A DNA stretch of 64,000 nucleotides from an uncultured bacterium (GTDB taxonomy: Bacteria; UBA8481): NCBI GenBank assembly GCA_964499705.1, contig CAZCME010000003.1:186001-250000 (forward strand). Reading direction: 5' to 3'. The notes below the pieces were generated by a model, which saw only the letters and a list, made by a program, of their open reading frames with translations, was not told the DNA's origin and searched no databases. This document shows, one piece after another, positions 52,505 to 63,100 of this stretch (position 1 is the stretch's first letter; each line of letters starts with the position of its first letter). Position numbers and translations under genes: made by a program.

Positions 52505-54592
52505 TTGGATCCGCAATACTACGTTTATCACGAGGGGCAGATCACCGGGCCCTATGCGCCGGCGGACGTGCGGAGCTGGAACATGGCTCCGGATACGCAG
52601 GTCTGCGTCGCCGGCTCGGAAGAATGGCAGCTTCTTTCGCAGGTGCCCCAGCTCCTGGCGCCGCCTTCCGCCGGCACCCTGTCCGCGAGCCCGCTCCTGG
52701 CGACGGGAAGCGACGTCGCGATCACGGAGAAGAAGAAGATCTTCATCATCCACGGCCGGGGCAACACCATGAACGACGCCTTCGGCCGGCTCATCCAGCT
52801 TGTCCGCGTCAAGTTTCGATACTACCAGTCGAAATTCTACGTCGATTCCGAGAATTCCAATTTCGTCCGTTACCTGCTGTACGACACGCAACGGAATCCC
52901 TACGCAAAGCTCTTCGACAGGATTCTCGTCGGGAAAATCGCTCTCGCGCCCCACTTTCCGCCTCCGCCGGACTGGCGGCCCGACGAGACATGGACCACTC
53001 TTTCCGAATATAAAGTTTCCGACAAGCTCCAGCTGTACGGCGTCCCGATGGGCGCGGTCGGCGCGAGCCGGGAATGGATCGACGGATTTTTCCGGCAGCT
53101 TTGGAACGATTTCGGCCCGGTCCTCGGGGAAGTCATCACGAGCCAGCCCGCGTTGGCGGCTTCGCTGGCGAATTTCCGGATGCAGCTTCGTCCTTCCGAC
53201 GGAGGACTGTGGCTGGAGCGCGAATACAAGGAAGCAATCAGGTCGATTCTTCCTGCACGCGGAGTCGCGCCCGAGCCCTTCATCGATTTTCTCCTGGAGT
53301 TCCAGAGATTGAACGACGCGGGCGGAGACCTGGACACGATCGCTTCGAACGCCCTTTATGGAGCGTGGATTCTGCAGGCGTGGCAGGCGAATTACGGGAC
53401 CGCTCCCCGTTACGGCCGCGACTTCGAGTTTGACTTCGTCAATTATCATCAGTCGTTTCTCCATCTTGCGCGTCACAGGAACTGCGAGCTTTATCTTCCG
53501 GACTTTCCGATGGATGCGATTCCGGACCTGGAAGAAGCGGCAAAGGCGGTGATCGAGGCGGGAAGTTTTCTCGTCCGCATCGACGACCATCATCCGATGG
53601 GGCAGGACAAGATGGATCTTCTGGAACGGTTGAAGGCGTCCGGATTCTTCGGCGATTTCGTGATGTCCGGGCCGGTGAAGGGGACGGAGCAATCGGAGGA
53701 AGATAAGACCTGCGGCGCCGATCTCGTCCACCGGCAGATGATAGCAGGGCGTGGCTTCGACACTCCCGGCCTGGAGGAATTGCGGCGCCTCGCGCATCAG
53801 CAGGATCTCCACCTCATCTCGGATCCCGACGACCGGAACCATCCGGATTACCTTGCGATCGATCTCTCCAAGCTGATCGGCTCCAAGTATTCCCGCATCG
53901 ACATGGCCCAGCAGCTCATGTTCGTCCGGACATTCGACGACATGCGCCGGATCATGGAGACGACGGGCTGGCGCCAGATCGTCGATCAGTATGAGGTCGA
54001 ACTGGAGCGGGTATCGCCGGGACTCGAAAAATGCATGGCGCGGATCGACTTCATCGTGCCCGGGGAGATCGAATCCGCGCGCGGCTCGCTCGGGTTCCTC
54101 TCGATCGTCTCGAAGATCCTGAAGACGATCACATTCGGCGCATTCGACCTGGAAGCGAAGATCCTCTCGGGCCGCAGGCCGGAATTGACCCATCGTATCT
54201 TCATCGCCCTGGCTCCGTCGCAATCGCGCCGCGAGCCGCGGATCAACGTCGCGTCGGCCATCGGATACCTGAAGCGGTTCTTCCGGTTCGATTATTTTTT
54301 CTACGCCTGGGGCGCGAGCCTCCTGACGACCCGCCGGTACAACGACAAGGACCAGGTGCTCGATCTGTCGCAGCTCATGCCGATCATCGGAGGCCCCGGC
54401 GACGGCGGCCACTCGTCGGCCGCGACGTGCAAACCGCCGTCGAACGCGGCATGGCCACGGAAGCAGTTCGAGAGATTGAAGAACGCGAACTTCCTGGAAT
54501 ACGCGAAGTACATCGCGGGGCGCGTCGCGGGCGGTGCGGGCGTGCAGATCGTCTCGGTAAAGATGATGACGGACCTAGACAAGGATTATTGA
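52505..54592 (+). CDS. GYF_2 (DUF4339)-like domain + unknown domain + DHH/DHHA1 phosphoesterase
   Basis: YY...GQITGPY...TQVC.AG..EW; DLDT.AS, LPDF, DDHHP, TCGA.LV, GGHSSAA. Confidence 0.7.
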   Translation: MDPQYYVYHEGQITGPYAPADVRSWNMAPDTQVCVAGSEEWQLLSQVPQLLAPPSAGTLSASPLLATGSDVAITEKKKIFIIHGRGNTMNDAFGRLIQLVRVKFRYYQSKFYVDSENSNFVRYLLYDTQRNPYAKLFDRILVGKIALAPHFPPPPDWRPDETWTTLSEYKVSDKLQLYGVPMGAVGASREWIDGFFRQLWNDFGPVLGEVITSQPALAASLANFRMQLRPSDGGLWLEREYKEAIRSILPARGVAPEPFIDFLLEFQRLNDAGGDLDTIASNALYGAWILQAWQANYGTAPRYGRDFEFDFVNYHQSFLHLARHRNCELYLPDFPMDAIPDLEEAAKAVIEAGSFLVRIDDHHPMGQDKMDLLERLKASGFFGDFVMSGPVKGTEQSEEDKTCGADLVHRQMIAGRGFDTPGLEELRRLAHQQDLHLISDPDDRNHPDYLAIDLSKLIGSKYSRIDMAQQLMFVRTFDDMRRIMETTGWRQIVDQYEVELERVSPGLEKCMARIDFIVPGEIESARGSLGFLSIVSKILKTITFGAFDLEAKILSGRRPELTHRIFIALAPSQSRREPRINVASAIGYLKRFFRFDYFFYAWGASLLTTRRYNDKDQVLDLSQLMPIIGGPGDGGHSSAATCKPPSNAAWPRKQFERLKNANFLEYAKYIAGRVAGGAGVQIVSVKMMTDLDKDY

Positions 54593-54610
54593 TCCTGAAT
54601 TGATTTTTTC

Positions 54611-54930
54611 CAGAAGTTCCTCATCAAAAACATTTAACAAGATGGGCAGGATAGGCAGGATCGATTTCGGGTAGAAATGAAGGTAATGTAATCCTGTTAT
54701 CGGGGAGGATTTCTATTCTCTCTTCTCTCTTTTCCTTTTACATCACTTACGGAGAACTGAACAAGGCTCGCTATTCGGCAGCATCATGCTCCTGCCCCTG
54801 GCCGGTGCGCGCAGCCTTCTTGAGATCGATCGTCGCGTCTGCGACAAAGCGCCAGCCCTCTACCGGTTCCAGAGCGGGTGAAAATCCTGCCCATCCTGTT
54901 AATTTCCCGTCAATGGATGGGGAACTTCTG
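54611..54930. mobile_element. MITE, 320 bp, TIR CAGAAGTTCC, perfect 9-bp TSD GATTTTTTC
   Basis: TSD at 54602-54610 and 54931-54939; subterminal CAGGAT repeats. Confidence 0.9.
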
Positions 54931-54947
54931 GATTTTTTCTTCCTTCC

Positions 54948-54961
54948 TTGCGCTGGCGCAA
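54948..54961. promoter_or_regulatory. NnrR-type (Crp/Fnr) binding site
   Basis: Perfect palindrome TTGCG-CTGG-CGCAA, 72 bp upstream of norB. Confidence 0.8.
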
Positions 54962-55033
54962 AGATATATCTCACACGTCCGGTCATGATTACTCCTGGCA
55001 TCCGGAGCGCGGCTCCGGGGAAGGAGAAATGCG

Positions 55034-57370
55034 ATGGAGAGTTCGGATCGATCGGCGTTTGTGGGCGGGGGGAATGCGGTTTCCTATCAGAAGCTCTGGC
55101 TGGGATTCGGAGTCGTCGTCGCTCTCTCGTTTCTGACGCTCGGTTACTACGGGCTCGAACTGTATCGCCAGGCGCCGCCGATTCCCGATCGCGTGTTGAC
55201 TTCGGACGGAGACGTGCTCTTCACCGGGCAGGAGATTCGCGACGGGCAGAATGCGTGGCAATCGATGGGCGGGCAGGAGGTCGGGTCGGTGTGGGGACAC
55301 GGCGCCTATGTGGCGCCGGACTGGTCCGCGGACTGGCTGCATCGGGAAGCGGAAGCATGGATCGAAGGGGAAGCGCGGCGTGAGTACGCAACGTCGGCGG
55401 TTGCGATCGACCGCGACAAGCGCGCGTTATTGGAAGCCAGGCTTCAGGGTCAGATTCGAGCGAATACGTACGACGCCGCCTCCGGAAATATCGTCGTCAC
55501 TCCGGCTCGCGCGGCAGCGGTTCGAAAAGTCGCCGGTCATTACGAGGCGCTCTTCGGAACGGATCCCGCGCTCGGCGATCTGAGGAAAGCCTATGCGATC
55601 CCGTTCAATGCCGTGCCGGACGCGGAGCGCCGCAGGAATATCTCCGCCTTCTTCTTCTGGACTTCCTGGGCCTGCGCGACGAATCGCCCCGGCAGCGAGA
55701 TCACGTACACGCAGAACTGGCCGCCGGATGCGGTTGTCGGAAATCGCCCGACAGGTTCGATCATTCTCTGGTCGATCGTATCGTGCGTGGCGCTCCTGGC
55801 CGGCATCGGAGCCCTCTCCTGGAATATGGCCCGGACCCGGCACCAGGAGGACGACCATACCGTTCCCGATCGTGATCCGCTGCGGGCGATCACGATCACG
55901 CCCTCCATGCGCGCGACGATCAAGTATTTCTGGACTGTCACGGCGCTCTGCGTCGTCCAGGTCGTGCTGGGCGGGATCACGGCCCACTATGGCGTGGAAG
56001 GCGGAGGATTCTACGGCTTTGCCCTGGACCAGTATCTTCCTTACGCGGTCACCCGGACATGGCATACGCAGCTGGGGATCTTCTGGATCGCCACGGCGTG
56101 GCTGGCGACCGGGCTCTTTGTCGCTCCGGCCGTCGCGGGCGGTGAGCCGCGTCACCAGCGGCTCGGCGTCAATGTGCTCTTCGGAGCCATCCTCATCGTC
56201 GTGGTCGGTTCTCTGGCCGGACAGTGGATGGGCGTCATGCAGAAGCTCGGCCTCGTCGAGAACTTCTGGTTCGGCCACCAGGGCTATGAATACGTCGACC
56301 TCGGCCGCTTCTGGCAGATCGCTCTCTTTTCAGGACTGGCCATCTGGCTGGCCCTGATGCTGCGCGCGCTGGCGCCCGCGTTGCGGAAAGCGTCCGAGCA
56401 TCGGAGCCTGCTGGGGATGTTCACCGTGGCGTGCGGGGCCATCGTCCTCTTCTACGGCGCGGGGCTCATGTGGGGCCGTCAGACGCATCTCGCGCTGGCC
56501 GAGTACTGGCGCTGGTGGGTCGTTCATCTCTGGGTGGAAGGATTCTTCGAAGTCTTCGCCACGGTCGTGATCGCTTTTCTCTTCTCGAGCCTGGGCCTCA
56601 TTCGCGTGGTCACGGCGACGCGCTCCGTTCTCTTTTCCACGACGATCTTTCTCTCGGGAGGCATCATCGGAACATTTCATCACCTCTACTTCACGGGCAC
56701 GCCGACGGCGATCCTGGCGCTGGGCGCGACTTTCAGCGCGCTCGAAATCGTGCCGCTCGTTCTCGTCGGATTCGAGGCCTGTGAAAACATGGGGCTCCTT
56801 CGCACGCGCGCGTGGGTCTCCGATTACAAATGGCCCATCTACTTCTTCGTGGCCGTCGCGTTCTGGAATCTCGTCGGAGCGGGGCTTTTCGGATTTCTCA
56901 TCAACCCTCCGATCGCGCTCTACTACATGCAGGGTTTGAACACCACTCCGGTGCACGGGCACACCGCGCTCTTCGGAGTCTACGGGATGCTGGGCATCGG
57001 GCTCATGCTCTTCTGCCTGCGCGCCTACACGGCGGGGCGCGCCTGGAACGACCGGATCATCTCCTTCTCATTCTGGTCCCTGAACGTCGGGATCTCGATG
57101 ATGGTGCTCTTAAGCCTTTTGCCGATCGGTCTGCTGCAGGCGAAAGCCAGCATGCAGCACGGCCTGTGGTTTGCGCGGTCCGCGGAATTCCTGCAGACGC
57201 CCCTGATGCAGACGCTCCGGTGGATGCGCGTGCCGGGAGACATCATCTTTTCGCTGGGCATGGTGAGCCTCGCCGTGTTCGTCGGCGGATTATGGACCGG
57301 CTGGTCGTACGCGTCATCGCGAAGCGGGAAGGCGATCTGGAGCAGCGTGGAGGCGGAAACGGCGGCCTGA
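55034..57370 (+). CDS. norB: Quinol-dependent nitric oxide reductase (qNOR)
   Basis: GHGAYVAPDWSADWLH, RTWHTQL, WWVVHLWVEGFFE, GTFHH, HGH.A. Confidence 0.96.
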   Translation: MESSDRSAFVGGGNAVSYQKLWLGFGVVVALSFLTLGYYGLELYRQAPPIPDRVLTSDGDVLFTGQEIRDGQNAWQSMGGQEVGSVWGHGAYVAPDWSADWLHREAEAWIEGEARREYATSAVAIDRDKRALLEARLQGQIRANTYDAASGNIVVTPARAAAVRKVAGHYEALFGTDPALGDLRKAYAIPFNAVPDAERRRNISAFFFWTSWACATNRPGSEITYTQNWPPDAVVGNRPTGSIILWSIVSCVALLAGIGALSWNMARTRHQEDDHTVPDRDPLRAITITPSMRATIKYFWTVTALCVVQVVLGGITAHYGVEGGGFYGFALDQYLPYAVTRTWHTQLGIFWIATAWLATGLFVAPAVAGGEPRHQRLGVNVLFGAILIVVVGSLAGQWMGVMQKLGLVENFWFGHQGYEYVDLGRFWQIALFSGLAIWLALMLRALAPALRKASEHRSLLGMFTVACGAIVLFYGAGLMWGRQTHLALAEYWRWWVVHLWVEGFFEVFATVVIAFLFSSLGLIRVVTATRSVLFSTTIFLSGGIIGTFHHLYFTGTPTAILALGATFSALEIVPLVLVGFEACENMGLLRTRAWVSDYKWPIYFFVAVAFWNLVGAGLFGFLINPPIALYYMQGLNTTPVHGHTALFGVYGMLGIGLMLFCLRAYTAGRAWNDRIISFSFWSLNVGISMMVLLSLLPIGLLQAKASMQHGLWFARSAEFLQTPLMQTLRWMRVPGDIIFSLGMVSLAVFVGGLWTGWSYASSRSGKAIWSSVEAETAA

Positions 57371-57374
57371 GCGA

Positions 57375-58103
57375 TCAGAGATCCTCGGCGAGTTCCTGGA
57401 GCCGGGCTTCATCGCGAAGAGTGATCCTCCTGCGGCCGCAGGTCACGATTCCGTCCTTCTCCCACGTGGAGAGCGTCCGGCTGGCCGTGAAGAGGGTTGT
57501 TCCGGCAAGTTCCGCGAGCGTCTGCCGCGTCACGGTCATGTCGATGAGCGTGCCGTCCTGAGTCCCGCGGCCGGCCTGGCGCGCCAGCCTGAGAACCGCG
57601 CGGGCGATCCGCCGTTCGACGCGCTCCGTCATGAGTTCCCGGAGGCGATCCTGGAGCTCGCGGATCCGGGCGGAGAGGATCGGGATGGTGTTCCTGGCGA
57701 TGCGGGGAAAACGTTCCATCAACCGCAGCATCGCCGATCCATTCCAGCAGAGCACGATGGAATCCTCGACGGCTTCCGCGGTAGCCGGATACTCGGGACT
57801 GCCGAGGGTGGATGCGATGGCGAAGATTTCACCGGGGGAGATGAACCGCAGGATCACGTCCTGGCCTTCCGGGGAGACCTGGGAAATCTTGACGCGGCCG
57901 CGAAGGAGCAGGAACTGGTGATCCGCGGGCCTTCCCTGGCGGAACAGGATCGCGGTCCGCGCGAACCTGATCTTGCGGGCCTCGCCGACGAGGACGGCGA
58001 GTTCCGGTTCCGTGATACCGGCGAAGAGCGGAGCATTTCTCGCGGCCTGGATTTCGCCGCCGGAGTCGCCGGAAGTCGAGGCGGTGGATTTGCTTTTCGG
58101 CAT
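57375..58103 (-). CDS. nnrR: Crp/Fnr-family regulator (NnrR-like)
   Basis: LFRQG, YPATA, ERVERRIA, LAELAGTTLFTASR HTH; convergent with norB. Confidence 0.8.
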   Translation of the reverse strand: MPKSKSTASTSGDSGGEIQAARNAPLFAGITEPELAVLVGEARKIRFARTAILFRQGRPADHQFLLLRGRVKISQVSPEGQDVILRFISPGEIFAIASTLGSPEYPATAEAVEDSIVLCWNGSAMLRLMERFPRIARNTIPILSARIRELQDRLRELMTERVERRIARAVLRLARQAGRGTQDGTLIDMTVTRQTLAELAGTTLFTASRTLSTWEKDGIVTCGRRRITLRDEARLQELAEDL

Positions 58104-58309
58104 GGAGGCATTATAGGAGGGAAGAGCGGATAACCCAATCTCGATGGATGCGACGGGGAAACAGGCGGGGGCGGCGCGATGCGGCACATAACTGATAACT
58201 GACGGGAATTTCCATTTTGCGGAGCAAAAGCTGAAGTAAAGCTTGGGTAGTGCCATTGAGGAAGGTGATCGTGCGCATGGCATTACCGGGCAGATCCCCG
58301 ATCAATCGA

Positions 58310-59203
58310 TCACGGAACGCGATACAGCGAGGGAATTAATGGTTCCAGATCCGGTTCCAGCGTCCTCATTATGCTTTTGGCATCCGCGTCACCATCGTCC
58401 TTACCATTCGCATTTTTCGTCCTATTGCGGATGTATCTTCGATAGTCATCGTGCGCTATTCGTTCGCAGACGACGCCCAGATTGTGATGGGCGACCGATG
58501 ATCTCGGATTTTCATTCAAAGCGCTCCGATAAAATTCCTTCGCTTCCATCCATTCACCGCGTTTATGCCGCAGGTTGCCGAGAATGATCCTCGCATCGCA
58601 CAGCAGAAACGTGTCATGCGCATTCTCCAGAATTCGCGCGGCATAGCCTGCCGCGGCATCCGGACGATTCGCTCCGTAGGCGCAGATCGCGCGAAGAAGC
58701 AGTATCCGCGGCGCCGCATCATCCTCGTTCGCGAGGCGCTCCAGATCCATGTCCGCCGCCTCGTAGGCACCCGACTCCATGAGGATAAGAGCGCGGCTCA
58801 TCAACGTATGCGAGCGTAACGCGGAATCCCCGCGGAGTTCGAGGGAGGCGGCCAGATCCTGGAGCGAAGCATCCCGGTCCCGCGATCCATAGGCGCGGAT
58901 GAGACCGAGGTTGTATCGGAATCGCGCGGTCAAAGTGTCGAGCCGTACGGCCTGCTCCGCGTCCAGGAGCGCGTCCTCGTTTCGACCGAGATGAGCAAGC
59001 GCCGCGGCGCGAAGATCGCGAATGACCGGACTGTCGCCGGTCTCTAAAATCGCGGAGAACACCGCGACAGCGCTGTCGTATCTGCCGCGAGCGGCATGCG
59101 CCATGCCCACCTCCGCCGTCTCCGATCCGGCCCTCGCTGGCGAGGAGAAAAAAACCGCCATGCCGAGAGCGACGAGAGCGTAGCGGAGGGCCGCACTTTT
59201 CAC
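58310..59203 (-). CDS. Secreted TPR-repeat protein
   Basis: Signal peptide (ARA); multiple TPR motifs. Confidence 0.75.
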   Translation of the reverse strand: MKSAALRYALVALGMAVFFSSPARAGSETAEVGMAHAARGRYDSAVAVFSAILETGDSPVIRDLRAAALAHLGRNEDALLDAEQAVRLDTLTARFRYNLGLIRAYGSRDRDASLQDLAASLELRGDSALRSHTLMSRALILMESGAYEAADMDLERLANEDDAAPRILLLRAICAYGANRPDAAAGYAARILENAHDTFLLCDARIILGNLRHKRGEWMEAKEFYRSALNENPRSSVAHHNLGVVCERIAHDDYRRYIRNRTKNANGKDDGDADAKSIMRTLEPDLEPLIPSLYRVP

Positions 59204-59237
59204 GATGTCCGCGGCGCCTCAAAATCCCGGAACGGCA

Positions 59238-60074
59238 TCAATCATGCTCGATATAAAGGCCGCGCGAGCGCGCCATCGCGACGGCGTCCTGCGTATCGAA
59301 CGCGAGAGCGGATCCGTAGGCGTCTTTTGCCATGAAGTAGTACATGCCTCCCCGGTCGTGATAGACGTCGTTATCTTCCGGCGACAACTCGATTGCCGAA
59401 GCGAAATCCTGCTCGGCGGCATCCCACAATTTCAACCGCATGCGACACCAGGCGCGGTGTCGATAGGCGAAGGTCAGTTCCATCACGTCGTCCGACGCGG
59501 CGAGGATATGTTCCAGATCCGGCAGAGCGCCGGCATAATCCCCGGCCTTGAAGCGCGCGCTCACGCGCCCCTCGTAGCTAGGGATGTATTGCGGATCCTC
59601 CTCGATCGCCCTTCCGAAGTCCGCGATCGCGCTGTCGAAAAGTTCCTGATCCAGATAGGCCCGCGCACGATTGACATAGGAGTAGGCCGCGCCGCCGTTC
59701 GCAATCGACATTTCATAATCCGCGTACGCGGCATCGTACATCCCGAGATGATTTGCGTAGATGATGCCGCGATTGTTCCATGCGGGCCAATAGGTCGAAT
59801 CGATATCGAGCGCCGTGCCGAGATCGGCGAGCGCGCTGTCGTAGTTCCTCATCCCGAGGTGACATTTAGCACGTTCCTTGAAGACCTCGGCGGATCGAGA
59901 TTCGCGAAGCATCGACCCTGTGAACTCTTCCAGAGCGCTCTCGTAATTTTCGGCGGCGAGAAGAGCCTCCGCGCGATCGTATATCGGCCGCGAATCATCC
60001 GCGCGAGCGGGTGGCATGAAACGAGAGGGCAGCATGAAAGAAGAAAGCGCGAGGACGACGATTCCGAGACCCAT
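59238..60074 (-). CDS. Secreted TPR-repeat protein
   Basis: Signal peptide; AWNNRG, YVNRA...AIADF..AI TPRs. Confidence 0.8.
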   Translation of the reverse strand: MGLGIVVLALSSFMLPSRFMPPARADDSRPIYDRAEALLAAENYESALEEFTGSMLRESRSAEVFKERAKCHLGMRNYDSALADLGTALDIDSTYWPAWNNRGIIYANHLGMYDAAYADYEMSIANGGAAYSYVNRARAYLDQELFDSAIADFGRAIEEDPQYIPSYEGRVSARFKAGDYAGALPDLEHILAASDDVMELTFAYRHRAWCRMRLKLWDAAEQDFASAIELSPEDNDVYHDRGGMYYFMAKDAYGSALAFDTQDAVAMARSRGLYIEHD

Positions 60075-60169
60075 GCGCACCCGATTATTTTCGCGGTTCG
60101 TCAAGACAGCGCCAGTATACATCAATTGCGAATCCCGTCGATCCGTGCAAGACTCCGGACGCAATCCCG

Positions 60170-63100
60170 ATGCCCATCCGCTTGGAAAAATGGATCCTCC
60201 GATTCTCAATGCCGGCGGGCATCGTCGCGGCGGTTTTGCTTTTCCCGGTCTCAGGAGCCGCGGCCGAGTGGAACGACGGTATCCTTTCCGCGGATGCGCT
60301 TCATTCGATCTCCATGGCCAAGAATGACCTTCTCGCGGGTTGTCCCGAGCATGTCCGTGGCCGCCTGGGAAGGCTCCGTCTCTCCCGCAATGAGGATACG
60401 ACGGAAGCCGAGTGGTTCATCGCCCACGCGGACGAATCGAAGTTCTGGATGAAGAAGCTCCTGCTCGCCGGTTCGCTCGAATATTGGAACACCTCGACGA
60501 TCTTCGCGCAGATGGGGGATCCTGAATTTCCATTTGTTCTCGCATACGCCGCCCGCCTGCAGGAAGGCTCCTACGGAAATCTCCCCCGTGATCCTGACAC
60601 GGCTTTCCAACACGCATCCGCGGACCAGATCCGCAATCTCATCCGCTATTATGGCGATGGCGCCGACGGCGGCGCATCTTACCTCGTCCGTCTTCTGATC
60701 GCGCGTGATCGCGCGGATGAAAGGGATCTTCTGCGGGATTATATTCGCCTCACCGAGCGCCTGCCCTTCAGCGAATATCAGACGTTGGATATCGACATTT
60801 CTCGCGATACCGATCTGATGGAAGCTCTCGCAGCGCGATGGCAAGTGATTGGATCGGAAAATTCCGCGTATTACATTCGCAATTCACTCCACCCCCTCGC
60901 TGTTCTCATTCGCGCGGCGGCATGGAACCAGTCGGGACAATATCTTCGGAACGAAGGCGAGGATGCCATCGTCTGGAATCATCTATCGGAATCGGAGGTG
61001 CGGCTTCTCGAGGACGCCGATGACACGCGCATTCTTCCTCTGATCTGCGGATCGGCGGGAAGACATCGGCATTATCCTGACAATGGTGAATTCTATCGCT
61101 CCCTCCCCCCGGATTCGGACGCCGCCGAAAAATACTGGTCGATCGCGCGAGGACGCTCGTCCTGGTTCACGCGCCGCGCCATCGTGATCTCCGCAGCCGA
61201 GCTTCTGGATACTCCCCAGGCGAGAGCCCTCGCGCGCATCGTTCTTCAGTCGGCTGAGACAGATCCCCGAGTGATATCGGCGGCGTTCCAGTGCATCCGA
61301 AAACCGGAGGACCAATTCATCGAGACTCTCGAGGAGTATTCGCGGAATACGGATGCCTATCTCGCGGCCGAGGCGCTCCGCGCTTTGACGAGGATCCGCG
61401 CCGGGCGGCGGGTTTTTTCAATCGCCACCCGCTACTACATCGGGCATCCTTCCCCCTTCATGCGCGCGGTCGCCCGGGATCTGCTGCTTTCGCTCCTTCC
61501 TGATGACGATGCCGCGACCGCGCTCCTGTCCGGCATGCGCTGGGATCTCATCCGCGAGACAGGGCCGACGACGTTCTGGGGCAACAGCGCTATCCAGGCC
61601 GCGCTCGACGCCGATAGAGGGCGTCATCCGGAACTGACCGGAGCGTTGATCGAGATGTTAACGACGGAACTGGAAACCTCGACATTCCACGTCGAAGATA
61701 CCCCTTCGCTGACACCAACGCTGGTCGCCCTGAGAGCCCATCCGTTTCCGCTCGTCCGACATCAGGCGGCTCTCCTTCTCGCCGCATACGGACCGGATTC
61801 AGAGAGAATAAAGGTTCTCGACGAAGCCATCGCGGCGCTGGAACACGAGAAATTCACCACGAGCTACTATCGGGCCGTCACGCTGCTCAAAACATACGCC
61901 GGTCCGCGCCAGGTCGAGAGGCTTGCCGATATGCTCAGGACGTATCCGGACTCCCCGTACAGCTCGATCGTGATGGATATCCTGAGCGCGCGTGGAGGCG
62001 AGACGTCGATTCGGGCGTTCGTCCGGATCATCGCGGATACCGGATCGCCTCTCTACATAAGCGCACTACGCGCGCTCCATGCGCAGAATAACACGCCCTG
62101 CTCCGAACTCGCGCGCGCGGCTCTCGCGGATGCCGCCTACTTCGGCCCCCGGGAATTCGCCGACGAAGCGATGGCGATGTTGCTCCGCACCTACGCGGAT
62201 GACGTCGAAGGCAGGGAGCAACTTCTTCTGCGGGCCATCCGGTCCCAGGGGCGATTTCCTCCGGTGACGATCGCCGACATCGCGGCAATCGGCTTTTCCA
62301 TCGAATACATGAATGACTTTCAGCGATTGCGAATAGGAATGCCGAATTATCCGATCTCCTACGATGCACGGACATGGGATCCGATCCCGCTTCTTCACTC
62401 GGAATTTCACGATTCACCGCAAGAGAAGCGCGCACTTCTGGCTCGCGTCCTCATGCTCCTCGGAGACCCGCGATCGATCGTGGAACTTCGGAGCCACCTC
62501 TCCGATGAGGAGCCGGCACTGAAATTCGCAATCTGGTCGTCGTTCAGCGAGTTGAAGAGGAAACACAAAGCGCCGGATTCCTATCCGCCCATCCGAGACA
62601 GCGGCGCGGAATTCGCCCGCTTTCTCCCCCCCGATTTCCACGACTATATAATGCGCGAGCAAGTTCTGAGCTTGCTCGCTGATCTCCGGTCTCCTTCGGC
62701 CCTCGGATATGTCGAACGCCTGGTGAACACCTGGAAGGGCCGGGACGGGAGCACGCTCCATGTGGAGGTAGCCTATCTGAAATCGCTCTCGCCGGATCCC
62801 CGCGCGCTACGTTTGCTCGTTCGTTTCACCGGCAAAGATCTGCACGGGACCACGCAATCCCATGCGATTTCGGCTCTCGCGGATCTGGACCGGCTGGATC
62901 TCGTCGCATCTCGCCTCGCCGAAATCTTTGCGCGCGGCCACAGCGAGGATAACAGCCTGTTGATGACGGTTCTCGGCGCGCTGAAGAAGGAGCATGGCAT
63001 GGTCTGGGGAGAATCCGTCCTCGCGCTCCTGGTCCCGGCGAACGAATACTTTTGGAGTGCCGCCGCTGACGCGCTCTCGCGGATGTCCTTCCCCGGAAAA

